Source: a virus. Taken from it: DNA of 64,000 nucleotides. How positions within the stretch are numbered: position 1 is the stretch's first letter; the number at the start of each line of letters is the position of its first letter. The position numbers were made by a program, and so were the translations under genes. Below the pieces are notes generated by a model that worked only from the letters and a program-made list of their open reading frames with translations, had not been told where the DNA came from and did not search any database. Positions 19,234-29,300 of this stretch are shown here, one piece after another. The stretch spans positions 69,923 to 133,922 of the IMG/VR virus record IMGVR_UViG_3300003323_000257. The stretch is one strand, 5' to 3'.

Positions 19234-20239
19234 ATGTCTCGTTCAGAACGAATGGCACCTTTAGCTGCCATTATCAATTCCTATAAGACCAATACTCAGC
19301 CATATACCAACTACCTACACAACTTAGCTGCATTAGCTATCCAACTCAAGAGCCTCAAAGATGACCGATGGATTCTAGAAGAGGAGCTATGCGAGCACTA
19401 CGTTTACGTGTACCTAGATCAACGTAAACCACATGGAAAATACAAATATGTTTGTCCAAGTGGTAGGATTGTAGCGTTCCCACATCCACCTTTCTATGTT
19501 GGCAAGGGAAAACACGGAAGAGTGGATGCTCATCTAAGTGAAGCAGAAAAGCGCAAAGGAAAACCTGGCCAACACGGACATAAACTAAATACTATCTGGG
19601 CCATTCAAGATGAACTTGGTGTCGATCCAATTAGGATAGTTACAGCTTCATTGCAAACAGATTGGATGGCACAAGCCTTAGAGATAGACCTCATAGCTGG
19701 AATAGGAAGAAAAAATCTCAAACTAGGACCTTTAACCAATCTAACAAATGGTGGAGACGGAAGTAGTGGAAACGTACCGACTGTAGAGGCTAGATTAAAA
19801 GCTAGTGAATCTAATAAAGGTATGAAGTTTTCCAGTGTTTCTGTGAGAAAGCGGGTAAAAACCAGAACACTACGCGGTAGGTACGCTGTTCCTCTTGAGC
19901 GTCGCAAAAAGATAGGTAACAAGCTAACAGGTCGTAAGAATGGACCACCTTCTGAGGAAACTCGTAAAAAGATAAGTGTGTCCAACACAGGAAAAATAAT
20001 CTCAGAGGAAACAAGGAGAAGACAGCGTGAGGCAAAGCTAGGTGGTTCTCTATCAAAAAAATCATAGAAAACATATAAGTGAATCTATGAAAAATTATAA
20101 AATGACAGACGAACACAGAAAAAATCTAAGTAAGAGTGCACAAAATCAACCTATTGCCAGATGTCCGCACTGCCCTATGTCAGGTAAACTAGGTGCCATG
20201 ACGCGCTGGCATTTTAATAATTGTAGACACCGAACATAA
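19234..20239 (+). mobile_element. Free-standing GIY-YIG (LEM-3-like) homing endonuclease with NUMOD3 repeats, split by a frameshift at an A7 run
   Basis: YVYVYLD...FYVGKG...R...E...LTNLTNGGDG; SEETRKKIS repeats; the second frame (to 20239) carries the usual CPHC...MTRWHFNNC end. Confidence 0.85.
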
Positions 20240-20240
20240 T

Positions 20241-21437
20241 ATGGAAACTGCTAAAGAGCGACAGCGTTTAGGAATTACAGTTCCTCGTAGTACATTACTC
20301 CCTCCTTATCTGGCGTCGAATGACTATTTTATTGAATACTGCAATGCAATGGACACTATATACGGTCCTACCATTGACTCCCAATTGAATGTACTTAAAA
20401 ACATAAGAAACGTTTGGCCACAGAGCCCTCAAACAGAAACCTATGTAGATTCCAATCAGATAATTCCAAGTGAAGCCTGGCCTAGGTTTAGTAGAGATTT
20501 AATTGTTAAAATCACCAACAGCCTCGGAATGAAGCTCCAATCGGCAGGTGTGGTATCTGACGATGCATACCAAACGATCAGTAGATTTGTAGGCATGTAT
20601 TGGTTCGGGAAGGGTACTGGGGCTTTTATAGAATTCATCAACTACTGTTTGTCTTCGGATTTTCAAGTGTTCAACCTGTGGACAACAGACTACGTGAACT
20701 TTGTTCCAGAGGGGGACTCCTCTATAGGTACACCAATATGGGATGGGGGCCCCTGGTATCCAACAACTCATGTGCTAATAGAAGCGCACGGAGGTCTGCA
20801 AGGCATTGATATTCTGACCCTTCAGCAATTTTTCTACGAAATTGCAAACTACAATTTGGTGCTACAGGCCATCGATGCTTCATTTGATATGTACATTGTG
20901 CCAGATAACACTCCTGACGGAAAGACCGCAGACATAGTTGCTATGGGGCTGGCTAATGATTTCCAAGTTGTGCTATCCAACTTCGTTAATCGCGGCGCGG
21001 CACCTCCTCCGATGTTTGCGACCGAGCAGTTACCATCTACCTATTACGCTATGGGCGGAGTGGATGCAGACTTCTCTACGGCCTTCCTGTTGGCACAACC
21101 TACCGGATGGACGTACATAGACGACGCGCTGACCATGAAGGTGCCGGTGTACAATACGCATGCTCAATTGGTAACCGATGAGGCTGACATTGGAGTAAAG
21201 CTTGTAGGTAATAATGGACCACAGTTTAATCTCCTGTATGGACCAGTTCAATGGATGAAGGTACCTGGCTCTTCAAGCTCGAATGCACGCATTCCATACT
21301 TCACTACTGGAAGTTCCACTATCAAAGATGGTGTTCAGGTTTCAGCACGTGCTGTAGGTATGCAGCGCACACAATTACTGGTTAATCCAACAGGTTTCTT
21401 CCAATTGGCCCCAGGACAATATGTCCCATACTGGTAA
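20241..21437 (+). CDS. Baseplate wedge protein (gp7/gpI-like)
   Basis: Follows the gp6-like gene; LLPPYL and YWFGKGT...FINYCL...WYPTTHV pattern. Confidence 0.6.
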   Translation: METAKERQRLGITVPRSTLLPPYLASNDYFIEYCNAMDTIYGPTIDSQLNVLKNIRNVWPQSPQTETYVDSNQIIPSEAWPRFSRDLIVKITNSLGMKLQSAGVVSDDAYQTISRFVGMYWFGKGTGAFIEFINYCLSSDFQVFNLWTTDYVNFVPEGDSSIGTPIWDGGPWYPTTHVLIEAHGGLQGIDILTLQQFFYEIANYNLVLQAIDASFDMYIVPDNTPDGKTADIVAMGLANDFQVVLSNFVNRGAAPPPMFATEQLPSTYYAMGGVDADFSTAFLLAQPTGWTYIDDALTMKVPVYNTHAQLVTDEADIGVKLVGNNGPQFNLLYGPVQWMKVPGSSSSNARIPYFTTGSSTIKDGVQVSARAVGMQRTQLLVNPTGFFQLAPGQYVPYW

Positions 21438-21449
21438 ACGAAAGACATC

Positions 21450-22556
21450 ATGACGATCTCCTACTACAAAGCAGTTATTTATAAGAACTCAACTCATCAA
21501 CCTCTTGGAACAGGCGACAAGCTGACTGCGGACTCCATTCCTGTCTCTGCATTACCTGGTAACGGCATTCGTGCTGTCTCCGATGGGCTCTATGTAGGTG
21601 GAGCTACTCCTCAAGTATATTATGTCAGTACTTCGTTAGGTAACGATGTGCCGACCGCAGGATCCAAAGCTGCCCCTTACAAAACATTGTCCTATGCACT
21701 GGATCAGATTATTGCCAATTACGATTTGAATAATCCTGGATCTACTCAGAATATTCTAGGCAATGTTACGGTTGCTTTGAAGGCAGGTGAAACTTTCCCT
21801 TTAGATAAATCATACGAGATTTATGGTTATTTGCGTCTTACATTCTGGGGTGATCCACAATACGGAGATTTTAATGGACCAACCGTAGGACTAGCGCAGG
21901 CAGCTTTCTTGAGTGATCTGCAGCGCCCTATAATAGCTCCTGCAATCCAGCCGTCTACTGTTAATGGTGTAAACCATTTTCAAGCTCACGACGCCTCACC
22001 TCCGGCCACGTTAAATCTCTTTGGAGTTCGCGTTGATCTCCCAGCAGGTGCGGCCAGCAATTCTGATTACTGCTCCTTCTTTAACACAGCATATTCAGAA
22101 GGTGGACGCCTTCAGCTATGGGGTTCCATTATCAACAGACTGGATACTACAAGCTCATACGGTGCTTTCGGAGTTCACGCACGTTCACATAATGCAATCC
22201 TGGAACAGTATTGCAGCCAATTTTGGATTCAAGGGCAACCTATAGTTCCCGTAACTGGAGGCTTTCAACCAACTAATGATCAACTATTAGCACGTAAATG
22301 GTTTATCATTTTCTATCCTGACTTACACGGCAACAACCAATCAGGTGGTCAACTTTTAGACGGCCCAGCTCCGAGTGGATTGATGCAACTTATCTGGAGT
22401 GTGGTGCCGAACGAACCTGTTCCTGTAGGAAAAACCAATTTGGCTACCTTCCCAGTATTGAACGATCAATCTTTTGGGATCGCAAATTATTTCTTCAATC
22501 TGACTCGTGACAATCAGAGTAGGCCGCTGAACTGCCAGAGTGCCCAACTCTTCTAA
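21450..22556 (+). CDS. Tail-fibre-associated protein with probable beta-helix
   Basis: YYVSTSLGND...GSKAAPYKTLSYAL motif typical of beta-helix/pectin-lyase-like domains. Confidence 0.55.
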   Translation: MTISYYKAVIYKNSTHQPLGTGDKLTADSIPVSALPGNGIRAVSDGLYVGGATPQVYYVSTSLGNDVPTAGSKAAPYKTLSYALDQIIANYDLNNPGSTQNILGNVTVALKAGETFPLDKSYEIYGYLRLTFWGDPQYGDFNGPTVGLAQAAFLSDLQRPIIAPAIQPSTVNGVNHFQAHDASPPATLNLFGVRVDLPAGAASNSDYCSFFNTAYSEGGRLQLWGSIINRLDTTSSYGAFGVHARSHNAILEQYCSQFWIQGQPIVPVTGGFQPTNDQLLARKWFIIFYPDLHGNNQSGGQLLDGPAPSGLMQLIWSVVPNEPVPVGKTNLATFPVLNDQSFGIANYFFNLTRDNQSRPLNCQSAQLF

Positions 22557-22568
22557 AGGAACTACACA

Positions 22569-24236
22569 ATGCCTACCTTTCAAACACCTCAGCTTATCAT
22601 TACCACAGCGGGACTGGCGGCCGCCTCGGTAGCAACTCCAACAGGACCGTTCATTGAGATCGATAAATTCCAGATCGGTTCGGCCTACGGATACACACCT
22701 CAAAAAACCGACACCTCGATTAATGGTGATCTGCTGTTCGAAGGCGCTCCGCTTACCTACAAATATGTAGGTGATAACACTCTGGATATCGTGTGTCGTC
22801 TGCCTGTGGACGCTGGTCCTTTCCAATTCGGCGAGGTAGCACTGTTTCTCACAGGCGGCGTAATGTTTGCCAAGGCAGCATTTGCTGATCCGCAAATTAA
22901 GTACTCCAGTTTGGGTACCAATGTGTTGTCCACGTACACCTTCAACTGCCTGCTGAAACTAGATCAATCGGTAGCAGTGTTTAAGATCAACACGAATTGT
23001 TTGCCTCCAGATATCTGGGAAGTTGATTTGTGGTCTGATGTTTATCCATCTGGCATTTCGGCGAACCCTGATATCCCAGCCATTCTGGTACGCGAACCTG
23101 ATGTCTATGGAAACTCTACTCTGATTACCAAAGCATCGGACGTACACTGGTCAATGGCCGGTAATTATCGTGCAGTGAATCAAGGTACAGTGGTAGCCTC
23201 CACAACTACCTCGATTGATTTTGCTCAGTCAGAGCTGATTAATGTGAACCCAGGCACGCTAGCCAATGAGTACGTGATTGAGACCGCGGATGGATACTTG
23301 CGTGCGTGTTCCAGTGAGGTGTTTGTAGGATCAAACATTCGGTTCAATCTGACCGCACCCCTTCCGGTAGCACCACCAGTTGGATCCAAAATTATATTGA
23401 ACTCGATGCTTACGAATCAGACTCGTTTGATCATAGAGGGTTCTGCATCAGGTAGTGCAATCATAAAAGGCAGTAGTGTTCACATGAATCTGGCAATTAC
23501 GCCAGGTGCTGCACTGGCACGATCACAGACGTGGAAGACTGCAGGTATCTATCAATTCACTGTACCTGATGATGTACATTTCCTGTATCTGGATGGCGGC
23601 GGTGCAGGTGCTGGTGGCGGGGGTGCAGGCGGGGGTTGGCCGACCTCAGATTGGCCCTACACCTCAGAACCTGGATGGACCAACGCTCAAGCATATTTGG
23701 CTGGTGGCGGTGGCGGTGGCGGTGGTGCAGGTCACAGTGAAACCTCCCTGGTAATTCCTGTTAATCCAGGGGAGATCGTCACAATCGTAATTGGTGCTAA
23801 GGGTTTAGGTGGTGCTGGTGGCGCACCAGGTAACAACGGTATTGATGGCACAGATGGTGGCGCAACTACCATCAGCGGCTCCTTCGGAACAATTACTCTT
23901 CCAGGTGGTACAGGTGGTGGTGCGGGTGCAGGTTATGGATTACCGTCTGGTCAAACTGGTGCAGGCGGCCCTCCAGGGTTGCCAGGCGGTTTCTTTGGCA
24001 TTGACGGCCACGTTGGTTGCGCAGGGGGCAACGGTGGCACTTCTCCATTTGGTGCTGGTGGTCCAGGTGGTCGCGGTGCTACTGCAGGCCCAGGCAATAA
24101 AGGTGCCGACGGTGGCGATGGTAGTGACAATTCTTCTGGTGGTGGCGGTGGTGGTGCGGTATATATCGCTACCTCGACCAATACTGGTGGGGATGGCGGT
24201 GATGGTACTGACGGATTTGCGAATCTGCGTTGGTAA
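22569..24236 (+). CDS. Baseplate-docking tail fibre with Gly-rich C-terminal domain
   Basis: N-terminal IITTAGLAAA...FQIG...FQFGEVALF (P2 gpH-like baseplate anchor); long Gly-rich C-terminus. Confidence 0.75.
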   Translation: MPTFQTPQLIITTAGLAAASVATPTGPFIEIDKFQIGSAYGYTPQKTDTSINGDLLFEGAPLTYKYVGDNTLDIVCRLPVDAGPFQFGEVALFLTGGVMFAKAAFADPQIKYSSLGTNVLSTYTFNCLLKLDQSVAVFKINTNCLPPDIWEVDLWSDVYPSGISANPDIPAILVREPDVYGNSTLITKASDVHWSMAGNYRAVNQGTVVASTTTSIDFAQSELINVNPGTLANEYVIETADGYLRACSSEVFVGSNIRFNLTAPLPVAPPVGSKIILNSMLTNQTRLIIEGSASGSAIIKGSSVHMNLAITPGAALARSQTWKTAGIYQFTVPDDVHFLYLDGGGAGAGGGGAGGGWPTSDWPYTSEPGWTNAQAYLAGGGGGGGGAGHSETSLVIPVNPGEIVTIVIGAKGLGGAGGAPGNNGIDGTDGGATTISGSFGTITLPGGTGGGAGAGYGLPSGQTGAGGPPGLPGGFFGIDGHVGCAGGNGGTSPFGAGGPGGRGATAGPGNKGADGGDGSDNSSGGGGGGAVYIATSTNTGGDGGDGTDGFANLRW

Positions 24237-24240
24237 ATAA

Positions 24241-24276
24241 AAGAGGGAGCTTCCTTTTGATAGGAAGCTCCCTCTT
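24241..24276. terminator. Bidirectional intrinsic terminator
   Basis: 15-bp perfect stem AAGAGGGAGCTTCCT/AGGAAGCTCCCTCTT between convergent genes. Confidence 0.85.
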
Positions 24277-24278
24277 TC

Positions 24279-24665
24279 TCATTGTGCTGTCGTCACGTAA
24301 TGTAGATTTGCTCGTACAGTTTCCGTATTGATGTTGGTCAACTTGAACGTTCGAAACTCGGTATCTAAAACCATCATTCGATTGACCGGCAGTTTAACCG
24401 TAGTGTTGTCAGGCTGTATGCCTTCGAATATCAGGTTGCCTGAACAGGAGATCACTATGCGTTGAAACGTCTCCTGTGGATTCGATTGCCATATCTTTAA
24501 CTCCTGGAGTTCAATATAGGAGTCTTGAATATTGGCACCGTCCGCAAAGTATAGAGCAGAATAGTTCCCTACCTGCCGTTGGACTTGATTACGTCCCACA
24601 TTCACCTGTAGCTGCAAACCTAGGCTTTGAGGTGGGGTCAAGCCTTGACTAACTATGGCCACCAT
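24279..24665 (-). CDS. Hypothetical protein
   Basis: 128-aa beta-rich ORF, last gene of the - strand operon. Confidence 0.65.
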   Translation of the reverse strand: MVAIVSQGLTPPQSLGLQLQVNVGRNQVQRQVGNYSALYFADGANIQDSYIELQELKIWQSNPQETFQRIVISCSGNLIFEGIQPDNTTVKLPVNRMMVLDTEFRTFKLTNINTETVRANLHYVTTAQ

Positions 24666-24867
24666 TCTTTCTCCTCCTTAAGAAATCGTATTCGTCCCTA
24701 CATTCAGGACTACAGAACACCTTTGGATATTCAAGGTCGTCCTCACATTTTGGATTTTGGCAGCTTCCATTTGGGGTCATACGAGTCGATAAATTCCTGC
24801 GCTCTCTGTCAATAGCGGCTGCTGTAACGAGTTCAGTCATTTCTGAGCTAATGTCTGCAAAGTCCAT
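24649..24867 (-). CDS. Small zinc-finger protein, TraR/DksA-like
   Basis: MDFAD acidic start, N-terminal helix, then CQNPKC...FCSPEC. Confidence 0.55.
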   Translation of the reverse strand: MDFADISSEMTELVTAAAIDRERRNLSTRMTPNGSCQNPKCEDDLEYPKVFCSPECRDEYDFLRRRKNGGHS

Positions 24868-24868
24868 A

Positions 24869-25579
24869 TTAATTCTCCAACAGCAGTTTTGGTGTCTCCA
24901 GTTCTTGGATAACTTTATTCATTGTTTGCTCCGGAGCCACCAGTTGCCCCCTTGTGTCTCGCGCTCCTATCAAGGCAATCTTATCATGCATAATCTGAAT
25001 ATAAGGAGCAATCTCGTCCTTGAATTTTGGATGCAATCGCATCGTATCAAAATGATCGTGAGGAATTGTACCTGCAGTGATCAAAAAGTTTTCAGTACGT
25101 CGCTTTAGCTCTCCCAACCATTCATCTTCCTGTGATGCTTCCGACATTTCCAAGATAGGTAGATGGGCATGTTTGCAGTTTGGCTTGATCTCTAACATCA
25201 GGGCTTCGATATCGGCCAACTCCTGTTTTGCCGCCTCAAAATTCATATCCCATACAGGAATGTCAGCTTCAACTTCCAGGCGTTCTGCTTCAGCTTCCAG
25301 TAGGTCAGCCTCTGCTTTCAGAATTACGTGAAGTAGGCCAGTGCCTTCATTATTCTTAGCAGCGTCCAACACATGCTGAGCTTCTGCTTGTTTTGCTTCA
25401 GCCGCCTTAAGGCGCGCCTGCCGCTTTTTAAGTTGCGACTCTGCGTGCCGTAACTTACCTTGCATATCAATCAGTTGACCATACATCAGTACGTAGGCGC
25501 CATCTGGGGTGGAACACGATCCAGCTAGAAAATGGCGAAGTTGGAACCTACTATTTTGGCGATGCGGTTTTGAATTCAA
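24869..25579 (-). CDS. Coiled-coil hypothetical protein
   Basis: TTG start with GGAG SD; long heptad region. Confidence 0.7.
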   Translation of the reverse strand: MNSKPHRQNSRFQLRHFLAGSCSTPDGAYVLMYGQLIDMQGKLRHAESQLKKRQARLKAAEAKQAEAQHVLDAAKNNEGTGLLHVILKAEADLLEAEAERLEVEADIPVWDMNFEAAKQELADIEALMLEIKPNCKHAHLPILEMSEASQEDEWLGELKRRTENFLITAGTIPHDHFDTMRLHPKFKDEIAPYIQIMHDKIALIGARDTRGQLVAPEQTMNKVIQELETPKLLLEN

Positions 25580-25627
25580 AATTATACTCCTTTAGCGGAA
25601 GGGTTGTGTTCTCTTAATGGAACCGAT

Positions 25628-25636
25628 CTAAAATTG
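25628..25636 (-). promoter_or_regulatory. Class-1 motif CAATTTTAG
   Basis: Directly after a terminator, before a new operon. Confidence 0.55.
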
Positions 25637-25637
25637 T

Positions 25638-25668
25638 AAAAGAGGACTGCCCGTTAAGACAGTCCTCT
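25638..25668 (-). terminator. Intrinsic terminator after the LamG gene
   Basis: AGAGGACTG/CAGTCCTCT 9-bp stem followed by TTTT on the - strand. Confidence 0.7.
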
Positions 25669-25674
25669 CTAACA

Positions 25675-26388
25675 TTACACCAGTGGGAACGGAGTATTGA
25701 AGATAGGATAATTAGCGGTGTACCTGCAAACACCTTTCGTTACCCGAATGTCCTTCATGTATCCGGTGAGCGGTCCTGCTGGGGCTAGCGTTGCGCCCAA
25801 TGCACAGCTACCATCAGATGCGTTAATAGCCGCTCCTGTTACAGAACCTTGCAATTTACCGTCGAGGAACAGACGCATGGTGTCATTAGAAGCATCATGA
25901 GCCAAGCATACTTGGTGCCATGTACCAGTAGTGAAGCCAGTTCCTGATGGAGCAATGAACTGGTTGGTATACGTCGATGCTGCTAACTTACCAGTGGTCT
26001 GACCTAACTGCAAGATCACCCCGCTGTTTGAGCCTACATTACAGAAGGACAGCAGGTCAACCAAAGAGGCCAAGCTTGTTGCATTGACCCAGCACTCGAT
26101 GGTAAACGCGCCTGTACCGAACTGGAAGTTTGCCCCTGTCGGCGCCGTAATGTAACTACTGCTACCCAACTTGATAGCAGTAGTACCGAACGGCATGGAA
26201 ACATCATTAGCATATTGAGCGGCACTACCGTGTGTCGTCAGCGTATTTTTACCACTGTCGTCAGTAAAAGTAGTGCCACCTACCGTACCCTCCCCTGTGA
26301 TCCTCAGAGTAACGCTAGAAAGAAAAGGATCAGAAAGAGGAGGGAAAAAGTGTTGGCCTTGAAAGCCACGGCTACCCGATGTAAACAT
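25675..26388 (-). CDS. LamG/concanavalin A-like lectin domain protein (putative fibre-tip adhesin)
   Basis: FGTGAFTIECWV, WHQVCL...MRLFLDGKLQG, GYMKDIRVTKG. Confidence 0.85.
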   Translation of the reverse strand: MFTSGSRGFQGQHFFPPLSDPFLSSVTLRITGEGTVGGTTFTDDSGKNTLTTHGSAAQYANDVSMPFGTTAIKLGSSSYITAPTGANFQFGTGAFTIECWVNATSLASLVDLLSFCNVGSNSGVILQLGQTTGKLAASTYTNQFIAPSGTGFTTGTWHQVCLAHDASNDTMRLFLDGKLQGSVTGAAINASDGSCALGATLAPAGPLTGYMKDIRVTKGVCRYTANYPIFNTPFPLV

Positions 26389-29300
26389 TAGTAGTTCCTT
26401 CCGCCATCGTTACCGAGCCAAGCAGTACCAGCTCGATTGGATTTGAAGATATACACGTCTGCCTTACCGTTGGTTGACGTTGCTGTCGGAACAGTACCGT
26501 TGGCCCAACGTACGGTGCCACCTGCAAACGTCAGCGTGTGTGCACCGCCGTAGTTGATGGTCAAAGTAAAGCTCTTACCAGCAGCTGGCGTAGGCAACGT
26601 TGCAGTGAAGTTTGCGTTGGTCGTGAATTCCCAATCAGTACCTTGCGTAAGGTCAACCGTACCAGCCGAACCTGCTGCTGGCGAGCTACCACTTTCTGTG
26701 AAGTTGGTGATAGTCGGATTGGTCAGGGTAGCACCACTGGAGTTACCTGACACCGCTTGACCATTAGCCTTCGTATAGAAGTCACAACGCCAGTTACCAG
26801 AACCCAGCGAGGTAAACTGCGCAACGTCACCTGCTGCAGTAGTGATGTTTGCAGCTCCAGGCAGAATCAACGATGTACCGTTATGAGTCAGCGTCAGTGC
26901 ACCTTGGAACGTCAACTTACGGCGTGCACCACTTGCAATGGTGTCGAATGCAGTAATCGTCGTCGTACCTGAGATACTGATATCGTTGGCAGCAGCTGCA
27001 CCAATATTCACAGTAGCAGCAGAGGCCAACGTTGCGATCGGAGCATTGTTAAGCGCACCGCTCATGGTACCACCAGCCAATGGCAGTTTGGTAGCATCCG
27101 GTGTTCCAACAAATGCCTGACCGTTAGCTCGCGAGTATGCGATACATACCCACACACCACTACCTTTCGACACAAATGTTGCTTGGTCGTTTGTTGCCGT
27201 CTGAATGTTGGCCGCACCAGGCAAGAGCAAGGTACTTGCATTGTAAGTCAACAGCGGGGCACCAATAAAGTTCAAGGTCTTCACTGCACCGTCAGGAGCA
27301 GTATCGAACGCTGTTATCGTGGTCGAACCAGTGATATTGATAACGTTGGAGTTAGCTGCACCGATGTTAGTCGTTGCGGCCGCACCTACGTTGATCGTTG
27401 CTGCCCAATTCAAGTTACCCGACATCGAGTCACCTGCCTTGTTCACTGGTGTGTAACCCAAGGCAGTAGTCACATCACCGGAGGCCAGATTAGCACCTAC
27501 CGTCACACGGCCTTTTGCGTCCACTGTTACTTTAGTGTAAGTACCGGCAGTAACTCCTGAGGCAGCCAGAGTAGTTGCACTGGAACCTGAAGTAGTAACA
27601 TCACCACTCAGGTTAGGCACTGCACCTGTTTGACCAAACACCGAAGTCACCGCAGACGAGCTGACGACAGCCTGGCCATTGGCCTTGGTATAGAACTCAC
27701 AACGCCAGTTACCACCACCTAACGATACGAACTGAGCCACATCCCCTGCGGCAGTGGTAATGCTAGCTCCACCTGGCAGAATCAGCGAAGTCGCATTATG
27801 GGTGAGAGTAAGTGCTCCGTTGAACGTCAGAGTCCTTACTGCACCACTTGCGATGGTATCAAACGCAGTAATGGTAGTAGTACCAGTGATGGTGATCTCA
27901 TTGGCTGCCGCTGCTCCGATGTTCACAGTAGCTGCCGACGCCAACGTTACAGCGGCAGCACCATTAACTGCACCACTGAAGGTATCACCTGCCTTATTAG
28001 CTGGTGTGTAACCCAGGGCAGTAGTCACGTCTGACGAACCAATATTCGCACCTACTGTTACCTGGCCCTGTGCATTCACAGTCACCTTGCTGAACGTACC
28101 AGTGGACACGCCAGTGTTGGTGATCGAGAATTGGTTACTGCTCAAGGTCAGACCAGTGCCGGCAGTGTACGGAGTGCTACCTACTACAGCTTGACCGTTG
28201 GCCTTTGTGTAGTAATCACATACCCAGTTGCCTGAGCCTTTCGAAGTGAACTGCGCAACGTCACCTGCTGCAGTAGTGATGTTTGCTGCACCTGGAAGTA
28301 TCAGCGAAGTAGCGTTGTGGGTTAAGGTCAGCGCACCAGCAAATACCAGTGTACGGACGGCCCCTGAAGCAATGGAGTCAAACGCAGTAATGGTAGTAGT
28401 GCCTGTAATGCTGATATCGTTGGCTGCCGCTGCTCCGATATTTACGGTCGATGCCGAAGCGAGAGTTACCGTAGGTGCGTTGTTGATAGCACCACTCATC
28501 GTGCCACCAGCCAACGGCAATTTGGTAGCGTCAGGAGCACCAACCAACGCCTGACCACTTGCTGAATTGTAGCTTATGCATTTCCAGTTACCGCTACCTA
28601 AGGACACAAACTCGGCAACGTCTCCAGCCGCCGTCTGAATGTTGGCACCAGTTGGCAGAATCAGCGAAGTTGCGTTGTGAGTCAACGTCAAGGAAGCCGC
28701 AAAGATCAGAGTACGGTAAGCACCCCCAGCAATGGTATCGAATGCTGTGATGGTCGTCGTACCCAGCACATTAACCGTATTGGTGGTTGCTGCGCCAATC
28801 GGTGTCGTAGCTGCGGCGGTTACGTTGGCCAACGGAGCAAGATTAACTGCACCGCTGAAGGTATCACCAGCTTTGTTAGCTGGAGTGTAGCCTAATGCCG
28901 TAGTCACATCACCGGAGGCCAGATTTGCACCTACCGTCACACGACCTTTGGCATCAACAGTTACTTTTGTATAGGTACCAGCCGACACACCGCTGTTGGC
29001 TAATGCTACAGTGATAGCAGTGCTGCCGCTGCCAGTAGCGTCTCCGCTCAGTGTGATCGTCTGGTTTGCAGAGATATAACCGCTCGGATTCGCTGCGTCG
29101 TAAGGAGTAAAGCCTAACGCCGTAGTTACGTCTGAAGATGCAATGTTCGCACCAACAGTTACGCGGCCCTTCGCGTCTACCGTGACCTTGGTGTAAGTAC
29201 CGGCAGTTACGCCAGAAGCCGCCAGCGTAGTGGTAATAGAGCCAGTGCCAGAACCAGTGACATCACCAGTCAGAGTAGTGGAGCCAGAAGCACCACTGGT

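Noticed and set aside
18921-20239. Group I intron carrying the GIY-YIG gene
   Set aside because: Flanking baseplate genes have their own stop and start, and no P7/catalytic core elements are visible; it looks free-standing.
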